Shown: piece by piece, positions 24,890-38,900 of the stretch
Layout: each line of letters begins with the position of its first letter
How positions within the stretch are numbered: position 1 is the stretch's first letter
Origin: Octopus sinensis
Lineage: Eukaryota
Direction: 5' to 3'
DNA length: 64,000 nucleotides
NCBI RefSeq assembly: GCF_006345805.1
Contig: NC_042999.1
Span: forward strand, 161,696,001 to 161,760,000
The notes under the pieces: generated by a model
Database searches by the model: none
What the model was told of the DNA's origin: nothing
What the model saw: only the letters and a program-made list of their open reading frames with translations
Program-made: the position numbers and the translations under genes

Positions 24890-25788
24890 ACAACAATCAT
24901 GGCGTTTTGAAATTTTCGTTAGTGTCCTATGAATACAAATAGGATGTAGTTTAAATATCCACCGCTGTTGCTCGTCCTTTCACTGTTTTATGTCCTTATA
25001 CCGAAGCCTCAGACTGAATTATTAACCGCGTGTGGTGAGACATCACAAACTTTGCTTTCTCTCAGACAGTTTACGTTTCTTAAAGTTTGTTACGGAAAGG
25101 TCCTGGGTTCCAATCTGAGTCTGGACAATGTAATAGGAGGAGTTGATGTTGGAATTTATAGAGTAATCTCCGTGTGTGTGTGTGTCTGTGTCTATGAGCG
25201 TGTGTGCGTGTGTGTGTGTGCGTTCGCGCGCACGCAAAGTGAATTGTATGTGTCTTCGTGCTTTGGGGTGCTACACAATATTTAGTGAATGTAAACTTTC
25301 AAGCAGAAGAATAAATTATTTCTCTATATTCATGTCTCTATATTCATGTCGTCGTTATCATATGGGTAACGCTATCCTTTGTGAGTGAGTCTGTGATTGA
25401 AGAAACACAATTGACTAAGTTCTTCAAGGAAATAATGCAAAGTGCAACGTTTCTCTTCTTTTAAAGTTCTCCTCCAGAGCAGGAACCCGTTCAGAACGTT
25501 TCTCCTTATTTTCTTTCACCCTAGAATAAATATGTACTTCTTCAATTGTTATTTCTAATTCCAAAACTTGCCGACAAAGAATTACCAGTTCTAGTGATTA
25601 TTAACATTTATCGATTACTGAGATCGATTTAATCGACTAGTATTATCTCATTAATTTGTCAACTAAATCAATTTTCAAAGGGTAGTGGATTGCCAGAATC
25701 GTTGAATATTTAGTTAAGGCTATTTCTGTTCGGAGTTCAAATCCCATCGAGAACACCTTTCCTGTTCGTTCTTCCTGTATCGATAAAA

Positions 25789-26183
25789 TCTGTATATATA
25801 AAAGTAAAGTTGTGTGTCTGTCTCCTACGATTTAGATTCCTAACTACTCCCACATTTTGCGGTGCAGTTTAACCAAAACCGGGTATCTTATAGTCGTGAT
25901 TCATATCGAGCCCTTCTGGGTATTAGAGCGCGTCTACGATGAGTCTATGATTTTTTAAAAATTTACCATCATTTTTTCCCATTTTAATGCATTTTTTTGC
26001 TATTATATAAGGGAAGTAACTCTCTAAATATGTCTACGGTGAGTCAACGATTTAAAAAAAATTACCCTCATTTTTTTTCCCTTTTTAGTGCATTTTTTTG
26101 CTATATTTTGGCTATAACTCTCTAAAAATGCTTATATAGTTATTTCCCTTACAAACCCGAGCAACGCCGGGCGATACTGCTAG
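25789..26183 (+). mobile_element. Non-autonomous Helitron (~395 bp)
   Basis: A|TC start, 3' hairpin CCCGAGCAACGCCGGG, CTAG|T end. Confidence 0.88.
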
Positions 26184-26866
26184 TTATACATATTCCAAAT
26201 AAGGTTTTAAAAAAACATGCTTAATAAATGAAACAGCAAGAAATACAAAAATATTTAAAAATGAAAATAAACTCCTTAACAAACAACTTACGTTGGTTCG
26301 AATAATGTCACACATTATCTCAATTCTTGATCGGGCTTTTTATACAGATTCTTGTTGAAGAAATACTCTTCATAAACAGAATGGAAAATTATTACTGTAT
26401 TTATAGCCCAAGGGAGACATGCTTTGGGCAAATTGATAAGGCATCTGCCCACCGACTGAGAGTTTAACAATTCATTTAGACATCTGCAGCGTCTTATCCC
26501 ATTAAATTAGATGTTACAGGTTACACAGTTACCTCTACAACAAGTCCATTTAGCTGCACCTTGGTGTCATGCTGAAAAAAAAAGAAGAAATAGCAACTAG
26601 TAAATGCAAAACGATTAATAGTCGATCCAATCGAAATAGCACGGAAGACGCTCGAACAATTCGATGGTTTAAATATTTGGAAAGAATAACAGAAGAGGGG
26701 AGATCCCAGAAACACTTAAAATGTTGAATTATAGCATCTACAGCGGATTTAGTTCGGGGAACTAAAAAGATTACAATAGCAAGAGGAAATTGCTTTTTGC
26801 TTTAAGCTCAACAGTAATTTCATCTGCACTTTATTGGTACAACTCCTAAATGATGGATGCTAAAAA

Positions 26867-27260
26867 TCTTTATATATAAAAGTAAAGTTGTGTGTCTGTC
26901 TCCTACGATTTAGATTCCTAACTACTCCCACATTTTGCGGTGCAGTTTAACCAAAACCGGGTATCTTATAGTCGTGATTCATATCGAGCCCTTCTGGGTA
27001 TTAGCGCGCGTCTACGATGAGTCTACGATTAAAAAAAAATTACCATTATTTTTTTCCATTTTAATGCATTTTTTCGCTATTATATAAGGGAAGTAACTCT
27101 CTAAAAATGTCTACGATGAGTCAACGATTTTAAAAAGTTTACCATCATTTTTTTTCCATTTTTAATGCATTTTTTTGCTGTATTTTGGCTATAACTCTCT
27201 AAAAATGCTTATATAGTTATTTCCCTTACAAACCCGAGCAACGCCGGGCGATACTGCTAG
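26867..27260 (+). mobile_element. Non-autonomous Helitron (~395 bp)
   Basis: Near-identical to 25789-26183, same termini. Confidence 0.88.
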
Positions 27261-27908
27261 TAGGAAATAAAGTACTATAAAAAGATGTTCTGTGTTCAAT
27301 TTCAAGAACATCAGGCTAATGAGAGCGTTAAGAAAGAAACTGAAATGGTTTTGCTCTGTGAAACTCTTTCTGTCAGTAGTGAAAAGGTTGAAAATGAAAT
27401 GGTTTGGTCTAACACGACGACACCAGGAGAATCTATGTGCAATGAATATGATTCCTCGCAGGGTGAGGTGAGGGAGAAACCTAAACAAGGAGCAGCAAGG
27501 CCACGAAGTGAGTAGTTAAGCTACATCAAAAAGGCAAACGAACGGAAATGTTTGAAATCATGTAATTGACTGGTGACCAGAAAAGATGAAGAGAGAAATT
27601 GCATATTTTTCTGTGTACCTACACCATCTCAGTTATGAAATTTCATAAAGGGATACAGCTTATTACTTTAAAGAACAATAAAAACCTGAATAATTGATTG
27701 ATTCTTAATTTGTTTCACTAATTTAGCTTAAAATGCAGTCATGTGTTGATTTGGAGACGCTTATGTAGTCTCCACATCGTTTTCTCTTGAACCAAAAGAA
27801 TGACAAAACAAATAGCCTCTTCTAACAGCTAGTCCTCCCAAACTTTAACCATTCTACTACTTCGTCTACTGACTCGAAACAAATTCTTCTTAAATCATGA
27901 ACTAGTTA

Positions 27909-28300
27909 GGCGCAGGAGTGGCTGTGTGGTAAGTAGCTTGCTAACCAACCACATGGTTCCGGGTTCAGTCCCACTGCGTGGCATCTTGGGCAAGTGTCTT
28001 CTGCTATAGCCCCGGGCCGACCAATGCCTTGTGAGTGGATTTGGTAGACGGAAACTGAAAGAAGCCTGTCGTATATATGTATATATATATATGTGTGTGT
28101 GTGTGTCTGTGTTTGTCCCCCAAGCATTGCTTGACAACCAATGCGGGTGTGTTTATGTCCCCGGCACTTAGCGGTTCGGCAAAAGAGACCGATAGAATAA
28201 GTACTGGGCTTACAAAGAATAAGCCCCGGGGTTGATTTGCTCGACTAAAGGCGGTGCTCCAGCATGGCCGCAGTCAAATGACTGAAACAAGTAAGAGAGT
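27909..28300 (+). mobile_element. SINE family A, full length
   Basis: Homologous to the other copies. Confidence 0.92.
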
Positions 28301-29067
28301 AGTTACTTTTAAACTGTTCACTATATTTTCCCCCCCCCTTTTTTTTTAAGACACACCTTCTCAGCTCCAGCCCTACATAACTACATGCTGCAAATAAATA
28401 CAAAATAAAAAGGCGAAGAGGAGCACAAACAGTTAGGGAACCACTAGATGGTTGTTCAACCTACTTAAGATAACAGCCAAAATTTCCTCAAAACTACCTA
28501 TCAACTTTTAAAAAGACTCACTGGATAATCGAGTCCCAGGTGCACAGTACTTGGATGCAAACAGGACTGTCACGACTGGGATAACTTTCGATATTTCTGC
28601 ATGATCAGGGCCTACGTGGGGCTTAAAAGTTGCATCTCTCAAACTCACTACATCCAACAAGCCACACCAAAGGACACTAACTAAATAAAGGTCAAACATC
28701 GTACAAACGTCAAAAATGTTGCGAATCAACGGAGGAGCCTTTACATCGTTAACCTGTTGAAAATAACAGCCAAAATCTCTCCCAAATTCTATATTACCAT
28801 CTTTAAAAAGAAAGGCACATTAAAAAATGTAGTCTTGGATGTCATGCAGTATGATAACGGCTGGAATATCATTAACTACAGGTTTGCTAAATCAGTGCAT
28901 AATAAGAGAGCAACCGTTAGGGCCTGAATGAGTTTCCTTTGCCTATTTTTGCTGCAGTCTCCACCACAACCCAGAGGATCAGGAATAAACGCTAAGTGGT
29001 CGGATTTTCTTACTGCAGTATATGTACTCCGTGGTGAAGTACACTGTTTGGCTCCCAATATCAATAT

Positions 29068-29300
29068 ATATTTCTTTACTACCCACAAGGGGCTAAACAT
29101 AGAGGAGACAAACAAGGACAGACAAACGGATGAAGTCGATTACATCAACCCAGTGCGAAACTGGTACTTAATTTATCGACCCCGAGAGGATGAAAGGCAA
29201 AGTCGACCTCGGCGGAATTTGAACTTTGAACGTAGCAACAGACGAAATACGGCTACGCATTTCGTCCGGCGCGCTAACGTTTCTGCCAGCTCGCCGCCTT
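29068..29300 (-). mobile_element. SINE family C
   Basis: Full head-to-tail homology to the other C copies. Confidence 0.9.
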
Positions 29301-30100
29301 ATGAAGTGCTGGACCTGTGATACCTATTTATAGATGCTTTGTACGACAAACTACTGATGGAGCTGCTGAGGACTTTGTTGTTGAAGGGAGATAATTAAAG
29401 ACTATTAAAAGTTGCTTCCCCTAAAAGAAGGATTTCTTTTGTTTTTGTTTTTTATTCGGTATTCTAAAAATTCTACACCCATTTAGATTTAAAATAATAA
29501 AAAGATGGTATATTTTTGACACCTAATACCTTACCTTATCAACACCATCTTATGTTATTGAACACAAAATTGGTGATCCTATCAGTTATATATTATTAAC
29601 CTGTCCACTTCTAAAATCAGAAGCAAACTCTAAGACGAATTGGGTTAAAAACTGTGTGCATCATCCATTCCCTTTCTTTTGACCAGTATATTTTCTTCTT
29701 CCCCGAAATATCCAACGATATCAAAAAAAAAAAAATTTCTTTTAAACAGTCTGGAGGCTAGACTATTGATAATATTTCCATTATTTCACACAACTGAATA
29801 CTCATATTTCTGCATTGAACAGAACGTACAAGATTTAACATTTCTCTTTATAGAGTAGTGAGGTTTATAGAGAGTTCTGAAGTTTATAAAATCTATACCA
29901 GTATTATACTGTGTCAAAGTGGACAGATGATAAACAGTGACTGGAGAAAAAAGAAGCCAGGTACACCTAGTACATGAAAAGTTAATTGTAAAGTGGGTGT
30001 TGACATACATGTTGTACTGGACCCTAAAATTGCAATTGATTAAAATACATTTTTAGTAAGAAGAGCAATTCATTGTCTCAATGATTAATTCTAGTCCAGA

Positions 30101-30501
30101 GGCGCAGGAGTGGCTGTGTGGTAAGTAGCTTGCTAACCAGCCACGTGGTTCCGGGTTCAGTCCCACTGCGTGGCATCTTGGGCAAGTGTCTTCTGCTATA
30201 GCCCCGGGCCGACCAATGCCTTGTGAGTGGATTTGGTAGACAGAAACTGAAAGAAGCCTGTTGTATATATGTATATATATATGTATTTGTTTGTGTGTGT
30301 GTGTTTGTCCCCCTAGCATTGCTTGACAACCGATGCTGGTGTGTTTACGTCCCCGTCACTTAGTAGTTCGGCAAAAGAGACCGATAGAATAAGTACTGGG
30401 CTTACAAAGAATAAGTCCCAGGGTCGATTTGCTCGACTAAAGGCGGTGCTCCAGCACGGCCGCAGTCAAATGACTGAAACATGTAAAAGAGTAAAAGAGT
30501 A
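30101..30501 (+). mobile_element. SINE family A, full length
   Basis: Homologous to the other copies. Confidence 0.92.
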
Positions 30502-30829
30502 TGGATGTGAGAGACAACCCCAGAAACAACTTTATTACACCACTTCAACAGATGATTTTTCAATTATAAAAGAAAGAGTAGTGGATGTCAAAGATGGATG
30601 AAATGCTTTGTAGCATTCAGTGATGTTGCATTCTGAGATCAAATTCCACAAGACTAACTGTGCTTTTCATTTTCTGAGGTTTACAAAATAATAAGTACCA
30701 ATAACATACCTGGTAGTGAATCTGTTGACTATCCCCATCACCATGCTTTCATCCCTAATTCATAATTATGAAATCATTATTTGTGTTTATAAATTCTAAA
30801 TAGTCAAACACTAGAATGAATATATTTAA

Positions 30830-31050
30830 CCCTTTAGTGTTCAGATTACTCTGTTAAATGTAATATTTTTTTTACTTAAATTATTTTTAATTAATCATAC
30901 ATTATCTTATAGCTTTGAGGTTTCAATAACGTGATTGTTCATTTTTAGAATGTCAATGTAGATTAGGTGTGAGAGCCCTGATCTGGTCAGTTTAAACATA
31001 AAATTGGTAGAAAACTTCGGCCGGATATGGCCAGTTTAAACACTAAAGGG
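30830..31050. mobile_element. piggyBac-type MITE (second family)
   Basis: TTAA flanks; TIRs CCCTTTAGTGTT / AACACTAAAGGG. Confidence 0.82.
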
Positions 31051-31656
31051 TTAAATAATGACATGAATCATATTTAATATGGGGGTAAACCACTTTAAAT
31101 ATAGTGTATCTCATACAATTCTCTTCAATAGAACCAAACATTGCAACTTTGTGCCTGAACTATTCATGCATTTGGCAAATAACTGTTGCAAGTGCTTTAT
31201 ATTACATACTTATACGTATAAAATGTTATAGATATTATAACAAGTAGAAAGGCTGAGTAGATTTTTCAGTTATTGACTCTGATGTTATCTGAATATCATT
31301 TCTGAGGTGCTACATCTATAGGCTGCACATACAGATTTTGTTAGATATCTCCATGCCATCTCTGAAAAACAACAGCATCAACAAATATTTGATGGAGTGC
31401 CAGAATAGCAGACAAAATGCTTTGTAGTATTTGGTCATGGTTCAAATCACAGTGGGGTTAATTTTGCCCTTTATCTTTCTGAAATTGATCAAATAAATAC
31501 AAATCAAAAATTGTAATCAATTTGACTATTATAGCTTTAGTATTTCAATTGAAAATGAGAAACTGGAATTTTTATGTCCTTTCCAAAAAATTATTTCGTG
31601 TTTTTAAGTGAAGTTGGTGTGTTATTCTAAAAACATTTAATTACTTTTTTTTTCAG

Positions 31657-32116
31657 ACAAACTGGTCTATTAAGTAAAATGAATCGGGATACTATTGATT
31701 TACTTGAAAGTGTGAAAGCTGCTAAAGCTGAAATAGAAAGAATAGAAAAAGAAAATGTTAATATCAACCAGTTTTTTCCATCGATACCTCACAACTTTGA
31801 AAAATATTCAACTGGAGAAACAAGTTATTGGCCTGATCTGATGAGCTCAGTGTCCTGTGCCAAATCCAAGAAAGGAAAACGTTCTGCAAAAACATTCAGC
31901 TGTGACATGAATTTGTCTAAAAATGCAAATGCTTTATTAATGGATGCAACATCTCCAGATGAAGAAGAAGAAAATGAAGATGAGAATACAGAAGAACAAA
32001 AAGCAGAAGAGATATCAGAAGAGCAGTCGTTAAATGGCTCTGCACTACAGATGGAATCTGAAGTTAAAGAGGAGGAATCTGAAGATCCTCCTGTGCTCAC
32101 TTCTCTAAAACAAAAT
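31657..32116 (+). CDS. TTC16: TTC16-like gene, probable first coding exon (ATG at 31679; acidic low-complexity N-terminus)
   Basis: Strong acceptor tttttttttcag ends at 31656. Open frame MNRDTIDLLESVKAAKAEIERIEKE...EEEENEDENTEEQKAEE...LKQN. Phase-0 donor GTAAAT at 32117. Assignment to TTC16 rests on strand, position and phase compatibility, not recognised homology. Confidence 0.6.
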
Positions 32117-32340
32117 GTAAATATCATGTAAATGTGTCATTCTATGTCCTAGGAGAAGTAGGTTATATATGTGTGTGTGTATGTGTGTGTGTGTGTGTAT
32201 CAGAGTAGAATTATTTTCATGGAATTTGTCTGATATCTATAAATGTTTTTATTTCTTTTAAAGCTATAACAATGTAAGTTATAATAATACAGATCAGTGG
32301 TTTGTACTTTTACTTAATATTTCAATATTTCAAGATTCTT

Positions 32341-32753
32341 TCTCTTTTTCTCTTTTACTTGTTTCAGTCATTTGACTGCAGCCATGCTAGAGCAGCGCCT
32401 TTAATCGAGCAACTCGACCCCGGGACTTATTCTTTTGTAAGCCCAGTACTTATTCTATCGGTCTCTTTTGCCGAACCGCTAAGTAACGATGACATAAACA
32501 CACCAGCATCGGTTGTCAAGCAATGCTAGGGGGACAAACACAGACAAACATTACACACACATACACACACACATATATATATACATATATACGACAGGCT
32601 TCTTTCAGTTTCCGTCTACCAAATCCACTCACAAGGCATTGGTCGGCCCGGGGCTATAGCAGAAGACACTTGCCCAAGATGCCACGCAATGGGACTGAAC
32701 CCGGAACCATGTGGTTGGTTAGCAAGCTACTTACCACACAGCCACTCCTGCGC
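32341..32753 (-). mobile_element. SINE family A, full length
   Basis: Homologous to the other copies. Confidence 0.92.
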
Positions 32754-33504
32754 TTATGCGCCTTTAAGACCCCTTCTTAAAGAAATCTTTGGAGAAAAGC
32801 TGTTATTAGCTGACATCTCTGTTCTGTAATGTGTGTGTATGGATTGTTTATGTTGCTGTTGTAGCCAATCAGTTGTGTGCAGTTTGATCTGTTATTAAAA
32901 TGCGGGTTACACTTGCTGAGTAAAATAACGTTTTTTTATTCTCAAGTTCTCAGAGTTTTTCTTTTTTTAGTCTTTAATCAAAACCTGAATGTCTTGGGTG
33001 TGACATTTCTATAGGTGTTTTTTTTTTAATGGAAGAAGCATTAGCAGCCTGGTGGTACTTCTAGTGTAGAATTCATCATATTTACTACATGTAGTTTTTA
33101 TACACCACATAAGACCACACATATATATCTTCATCTTTGATCAGGCAATTGGGTAAAGTAAATAAGGTGTGGTTTTGTTTTGGCAGTTTTTAGTCACGTC
33201 CCCACTCAGAGATGGTCTGGAATGTACCAGTTGTATATTCAACCATCGCCCTCCCCCACTCCCAACAGATTGCATGGTGGATTGAAGCAGTTGTTTTTTA
33301 ATTGAAATGTGGCAGTTTCAAAAATATATATTACCCATGGATGTGTAGCTTTTGCTAGATGGTCTGGTGACAGAGTATCGATAGACATTCTCCAACTGAA
33401 CTTTTCAGAATTATATGATTTTGGTGCTTTTGCTTCCAACCTTGGAGCATATTCTCTGTATCATGTGAATCTCATTTCTAATGTAGGCTATCTTAGTTTT
33501 GATG

Positions 33505-33645
33505 GGCAAGGATGGTTGGCGTTAGGAACGGCATCCAGCCGTAGAAACTCTGCCAGATCAGACTGGAGCCTGGAGCAGCCCCTGGCTTCCCAGAACCCGG
33601 TCGAACCGTCCAACCTGTGCTAGCACGGAAAACTGATGTTAAACA

Positions 33646-33680
<35 letters not shown>
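33505..33680 (+). mobile_element. RTE 3'-UTR terminal fragment
   Basis: GGTTGGCGTTAGGAACGGCATCCAGCCGTAG...GATGATGAT. Confidence 0.75.
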
Positions 33681-35624
33681 AGGCCTCTTCATGCTGCTCT
33701 TCTGTAAAAGTTAGTGGAGATGGATCCATTTTCTGTGACTTTGAGTTCAAAATCAAGCAGATATAAAAAAAAAAAAGTGTAATTGGGGGTGGGGGGCACT
33801 TCACTTCAAATTTTATATGTTATTTGATGTTGTAGATGTGTTTTTGAAATATAGATATTAATATGAACAAGACAAGAAATAAATTGAAAGTAAAAATAAG
33901 GTAAGGAACATGTATACATTCAAACATGTATACATTCCTCCTCATTCAAACTCCAATGGTATAATCATAGATCTACATTTAGATACAAAGAAAAGGCTAA
34001 TAAATATCTCTAGCTAAATTCATACATTCTCTCATAGATAAAAATATTGAATGTAAGATTGTATGTAATCTATTGTATGTAATGTACAACCCTGTAATAG
34101 TAGACTTTGTCAATCAGAAGCATTCCATATTTATAAAATTAGTGAAACTAAATTGATTATGATTAATCAACATGATGAACTAATTATAAGATGCCAACAA
34201 TTTAAATACAAATCTTTTCTATACTATAAGCATACATAACATTACACTTATCATTATAACTATAAATTAGTAAACTACAACTCTAGTTTTAATACTCAGT
34301 ATATATTTGATAAGCATATCAATATATCTTAATGAAAATCTTCCATACATTGACCTACCACAGTTTAACTTCACTAATTCTATAATTATATTTAAATTTA
34401 AACACTCTAATACGTTTTTAAAATTCATATTTTTAAAATGAAATTCTTATAGTTATTGAAGATTACATCTACAATCTATAATATACTAAATATTTTTCCA
34501 TTAAATTTATAACTCTGTTTTCATAGCATCACTCTCTATATCGATATCTTCTTAACTTTGAATAGTTTTCTTCTTATACCTAGGTATTTACACCTTGAGT
34601 AACATATATTGATTACTATCTTTAATATAGACAGCAAATTTAATCTAATAGAAGTGTTTACAGAATTGTATTCATATTTGTGAGATCATTGATGTACTTA
34701 TATGCCTATATTCAATGCTTATTTATTTATTTATTTTTGCGTATATATGTACATGTGTGTATATTTGTATGCATACATGTATATATATGTATATTTGTAT
34801 TTATATACATATGTCTATTTATGTACAAATATTTGTTTGTATTGGTTATATATGTATGTATGTATATTATATAATATATATTTATGTACATCTGTATATG
34901 TATGTATGTATGTACATATCTACATATATAAATGTATAAATATATTTATAAATGTGAGAGTGTGTGTGTGTATGCATGCATGGTTTCAGTAATGACTATT
35001 ATTATAAACCTTTTATATTATCTTTTTATCTGACTGTCTTATATAATTAATTATTTTTTATTTCTAAACTCACCTTTAATTAATTTATATAGATTCATGT
35101 TTTGTTCTATATTAGTAGGTGCATATATTTATCCTTCTATGTGTGTGTATATTTGTGCTTGCGTAAGTGTACTGATGTATATTTTTGTACATTTATATAT
35201 ATATATATATATAGGCATTTGTCTTGCACATTACTTGGTGACCCTGCCCATGCTGGTGCCACATAAAAAGCACTCAGTCCACTCTGCAGGATGGTTGGTT
35301 TTTGGAAGGGTATCAGGCTGTAAAAAAAATGTGCTAAAACAGACACTGAAGCCTGGTACAATCTGCCTGGCCAGTTCCTGTCAAATTATCCAACCCATGC
35401 CAGCATGGAAAATGGATGTTAAATGATGATGATAATATATGTGTATGTTTGTGTGTGTGTGTATATAAATGTGTGTACATGTATATATATATATAAATAT
35501 ATATAAATGTACTTCGCTTTTTTTCTTCTTACTTTCCCTATATCTTTTCCACGTGTAGTTTCTATTTTCTTTTGAAACATATTTCTATTATATCTATGTA
35601 TATATATATATATATATATATATA

Positions 35625-35830
35625 GTTAATCCAAACATGAAAACACAAAGAGAAAACACAACAGCGTGAGGACGTGGAACAAATATAGTATTATTGGATG
35701 CTCAGGAAGGAAGGAAAGAAGGAGGGTTTAACGTTTCGAGTGGAGCTCTTTGTCAGAAACATAGGAAAAGGAAAGATCCAAAGAAGGGAAGACGGAGGAA
35801 AAAAATTGCCAACGGTACACACGCGATCAC
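35625..35830 (-). mobile_element. Second copy of the hammerhead-bearing short repeat
   Basis: Reverse-complement homology to 2029-2246; (TA)n flanks. Confidence 0.6.
35726..35760 (-). ncRNA. Decayed minimal hammerhead-like motif (same family as 2121)
   Basis: Minus strand: GTTT CTGACAA A GAG CTCCA CTC GAAAC GT T AAAC; G8A variant. Confidence 0.45.
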
Positions 35831-35977
35831 ATATATATATTTATATACAAGCAAAACAGATGTCACTACTGTTCACATCATCTGTGGATAAATTTTAAAA
35901 TTGATGATATCACCAGCAGTGATATAGGTGGATCGCAGGCGCAATAGCATTAAATAGCCATGAATTATAAATTTTTA

Positions 35978-38900
35978 CATGGAGGCTATGGTTTTTGTTC
36001 TCGCAATGAGGAGGGAACCAGACTGCTGGAGTTATGTGATGCAAATGATCTTATGGTTTGCAATACCAACTTCAGGAAACCCGCCTCTCACCTAGTCACC
36101 TACCGTTCTGGCAGACACATTAGCCAAATTGACTACATCCTCGCCAGAAAAAGGGAAAGAAGGCTGCTTATAAATGCCAAAACCTTCCCAGGTGAAGAAT
36201 GTACCCCTCAACATAGATTAGTAGTTAGTGACTTCAGGATCAGGGCTAAATGGATGCACAGAAGAAGACCAGCTTGGAGGAGAAGGGTCTGGAAGCTTAA
36301 GGATCCTGCAAATGGACAGAGATTTAGAGACATACTACTCAAAGCCTTTGACGAAATAGAAGGGGATATAGCTTCACTTAATGTGGAAGACAACTGGAGG
36401 TTTCTAAGGGACAACCTGCTGAGAGCCACTGACCAGATCTGTGGATGGAGCAAAGTCCCATCTCAACCCAAGATAACATGGTGGTGGAACAATGTGGTTG
36501 ACAAGGCTATTAGACAAAAGAAACAGGCTTGGAGGGACTGGAAGAACGGTGGTAGCAGGGAATTGTATCAGACTGCCAGAAGGGAAGCTAGGAGACAGGT
36601 TTATTTAGCCAGAGGGGAAGCAGATAAGAAAAAATTTGCCAATGTTCTGCGCTGTGAGGATCAAAAACTTGAGGTATTTCATGTTGCAAGACAGTGTGTG
36701 AGAGAGAATCATGATGTGGTAGGAGAGAAATGTGTTTGCATGGATGATGGTTCTCTTGCGCTAAACGAGGCTGCAAAGAGAGAGGTTTGGAGATGCCACT
36801 ATGAAAGGTTGCTGAATAAAGAGAATGAATGGGAGAAAGAGAGTCTGCCGAATGTCGACCCAACAGAGGGACCAACTATTCGAATTGACAGTACATTGGC
36901 AGATAAAGCAATTAAGGGTATGAAGACAGGGAAAGCTCTGGCCCATCAGGAACCACTGCAGAGATGCTCAAAATATCTGGCAGTGTCAGCTATAGCCTAG
37001 TCACTCGTGTAGTTAACCAGGTGATACACGAAGGAGTCATTCCCAATGTCTGGTGTAGCAGCACCATAGTCAACTGCTACAAAGGTAAAGGTGACGCCTT
37101 AGATACAAATAATTACAGAGGTATCAAGTTGTTAGATCAGGTAATGAAGATCACAGAGAGGGTCATAGCCCAACTAATTAGGGAGAGAGTCAGTTTAGAT
37201 GAGATTCAGTTTGGGTTCATGCCAGGGAAAAGCACCACTGAGGCCATATTTCTAGTAAGACAGCTGCAGGAGAAATACCTAGCCAAAGATAAGCCCCTGT
37301 ACCTGGCTTTCGTTGACATGGAGAAAGCCTTTGACAGGGTCCCCTGATCCCCTATCTGGTGGTCAATGAGGAAACTAGGGATAGATGAATGGTTAGTGAG
37401 AGCTGTGCAAGCCATGTACACGGACGCTGTAAGTAAGGTGAGGGTTGGCAACAAGTACACTGAAGAATTCAGGGTAGAGGTAGGGGTCCACCAAGGTTCA
37501 GCCCTCAGCCCCCTCCTATTTATCGTAGTCCTCCAGGCAATAACGGAGGAATTTCAAAACAGGTTACCCCTGGGAGCTCCTCTATGCTGATGACCTTGCT
37601 CTAATTGCTGAGTCACTATCAGAACTAGAGGAGAAGTTTCAAGTGTGGAAACAAGGATTAGAATCGAAGGGCCTTAGAGTCAACCTAGCTAAAACCAAAG
37701 TCCTAATAAGTAGGAAGGTAGACAAACCACAAACGCCTTCAGGTAGATGGCCTTGCTCGATCTGTAGGAAAGGCGTAGGTAGAAACTCTATAAGATGCAC
37801 CAAGTATAAGCTATGGACACACACAAGAGGTGCAGCAACGTCAAGGGAAGGCTAACTAGGAAGATAGTTTTTGTATGTGGCAGATGCTCAGGAGCAATAA
37901 ACAGTGAAAATGCGCAGAGAGCAACTTCCGCCACATTCCAGGGAGAAAGACTAGAAATAGTTGATAGCTTCCGTTACCTAGTTGACCAAGTCAGTAGCAG
38001 GGGGCGGGTGTGTTGAAAGTGTAACTGCTAGAGTAAGAATAGCTTGGGCAAAGTTCAGAGAGCTCTTACCTCTGCTAGGGACAAAAGGCCTCTCGCTCAG
38101 AGTAAAAGGTAGACTGTATGATGCATGTGTACGAACAGCCATGCTACATGGCAGTGAAACATGGGCCGTGACTGCTGAGGATATGCGTAAGTTCGCAAGA
38201 AATGAAGCCAGTATTCTCCGATGGATGTGTAATGTCAGTGTTCATACTCGACAGAGTGTAAGTACCTTGAGAGAGAAGTTGGACCTAAGAAGCATCAGTT
38301 GCAGTGTGCAAGAGAGACGTTTGCACTGGTATGGCCATGTGGCAAGAATGGATGAAGATAGTGTATGAAAAAGTGCCACTCCCTAGCTGTTGAGGGAACC
38401 TGTGGAAGAGGCAGACCCAGGAAAACCTTGGATGAGGTGGTGAAGCACGACCTTCGAACTTTAGGTCTCACCGAGGAAATGACTAGAGACCGAGACCTTT
38501 GGAAGTATGCTGTGCGTGAGAAGACCCGGCAGGACAAATGAGACCATCACCCATGGCCTCAGTCCACTTATGCATACCTTTCCTTCTTGGGACACAAAAC
38601 CCTACTTGTGAAGACCTGTTGAGGCAAGTGAAAATCAAAAAAATCAAAAAATCAAAAGTCAAAATCGATCAACATGTAGCTGTGATACCAGTGCCGGGCA
38701 CATAAGAGAACCATCCGAACGTGGCCGTTGCCAGCACCGCCCCGACTGGCTTCCGTGCCGGTGGCACGTAAAAGCCACCATCCGATCGTGGCCGTTGCCA
38801 GCCTCGCCTGGCCTCCGTGCCAGTGGCATGTAAAAAGCACCATCCGACTGTGGCCGTTTGCCAGCCTTGTCTGGCACCTGTGCTGGTGGCACATAAAAAG

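Noticed and set aside
24880-24900. Minus-strand ATG exon MIVVLLR followed by GTAACA
   Set aside because: No compatible downstream exons found in 1-24.8 kb, and the segment overlaps the X-box, which explains the sequence.
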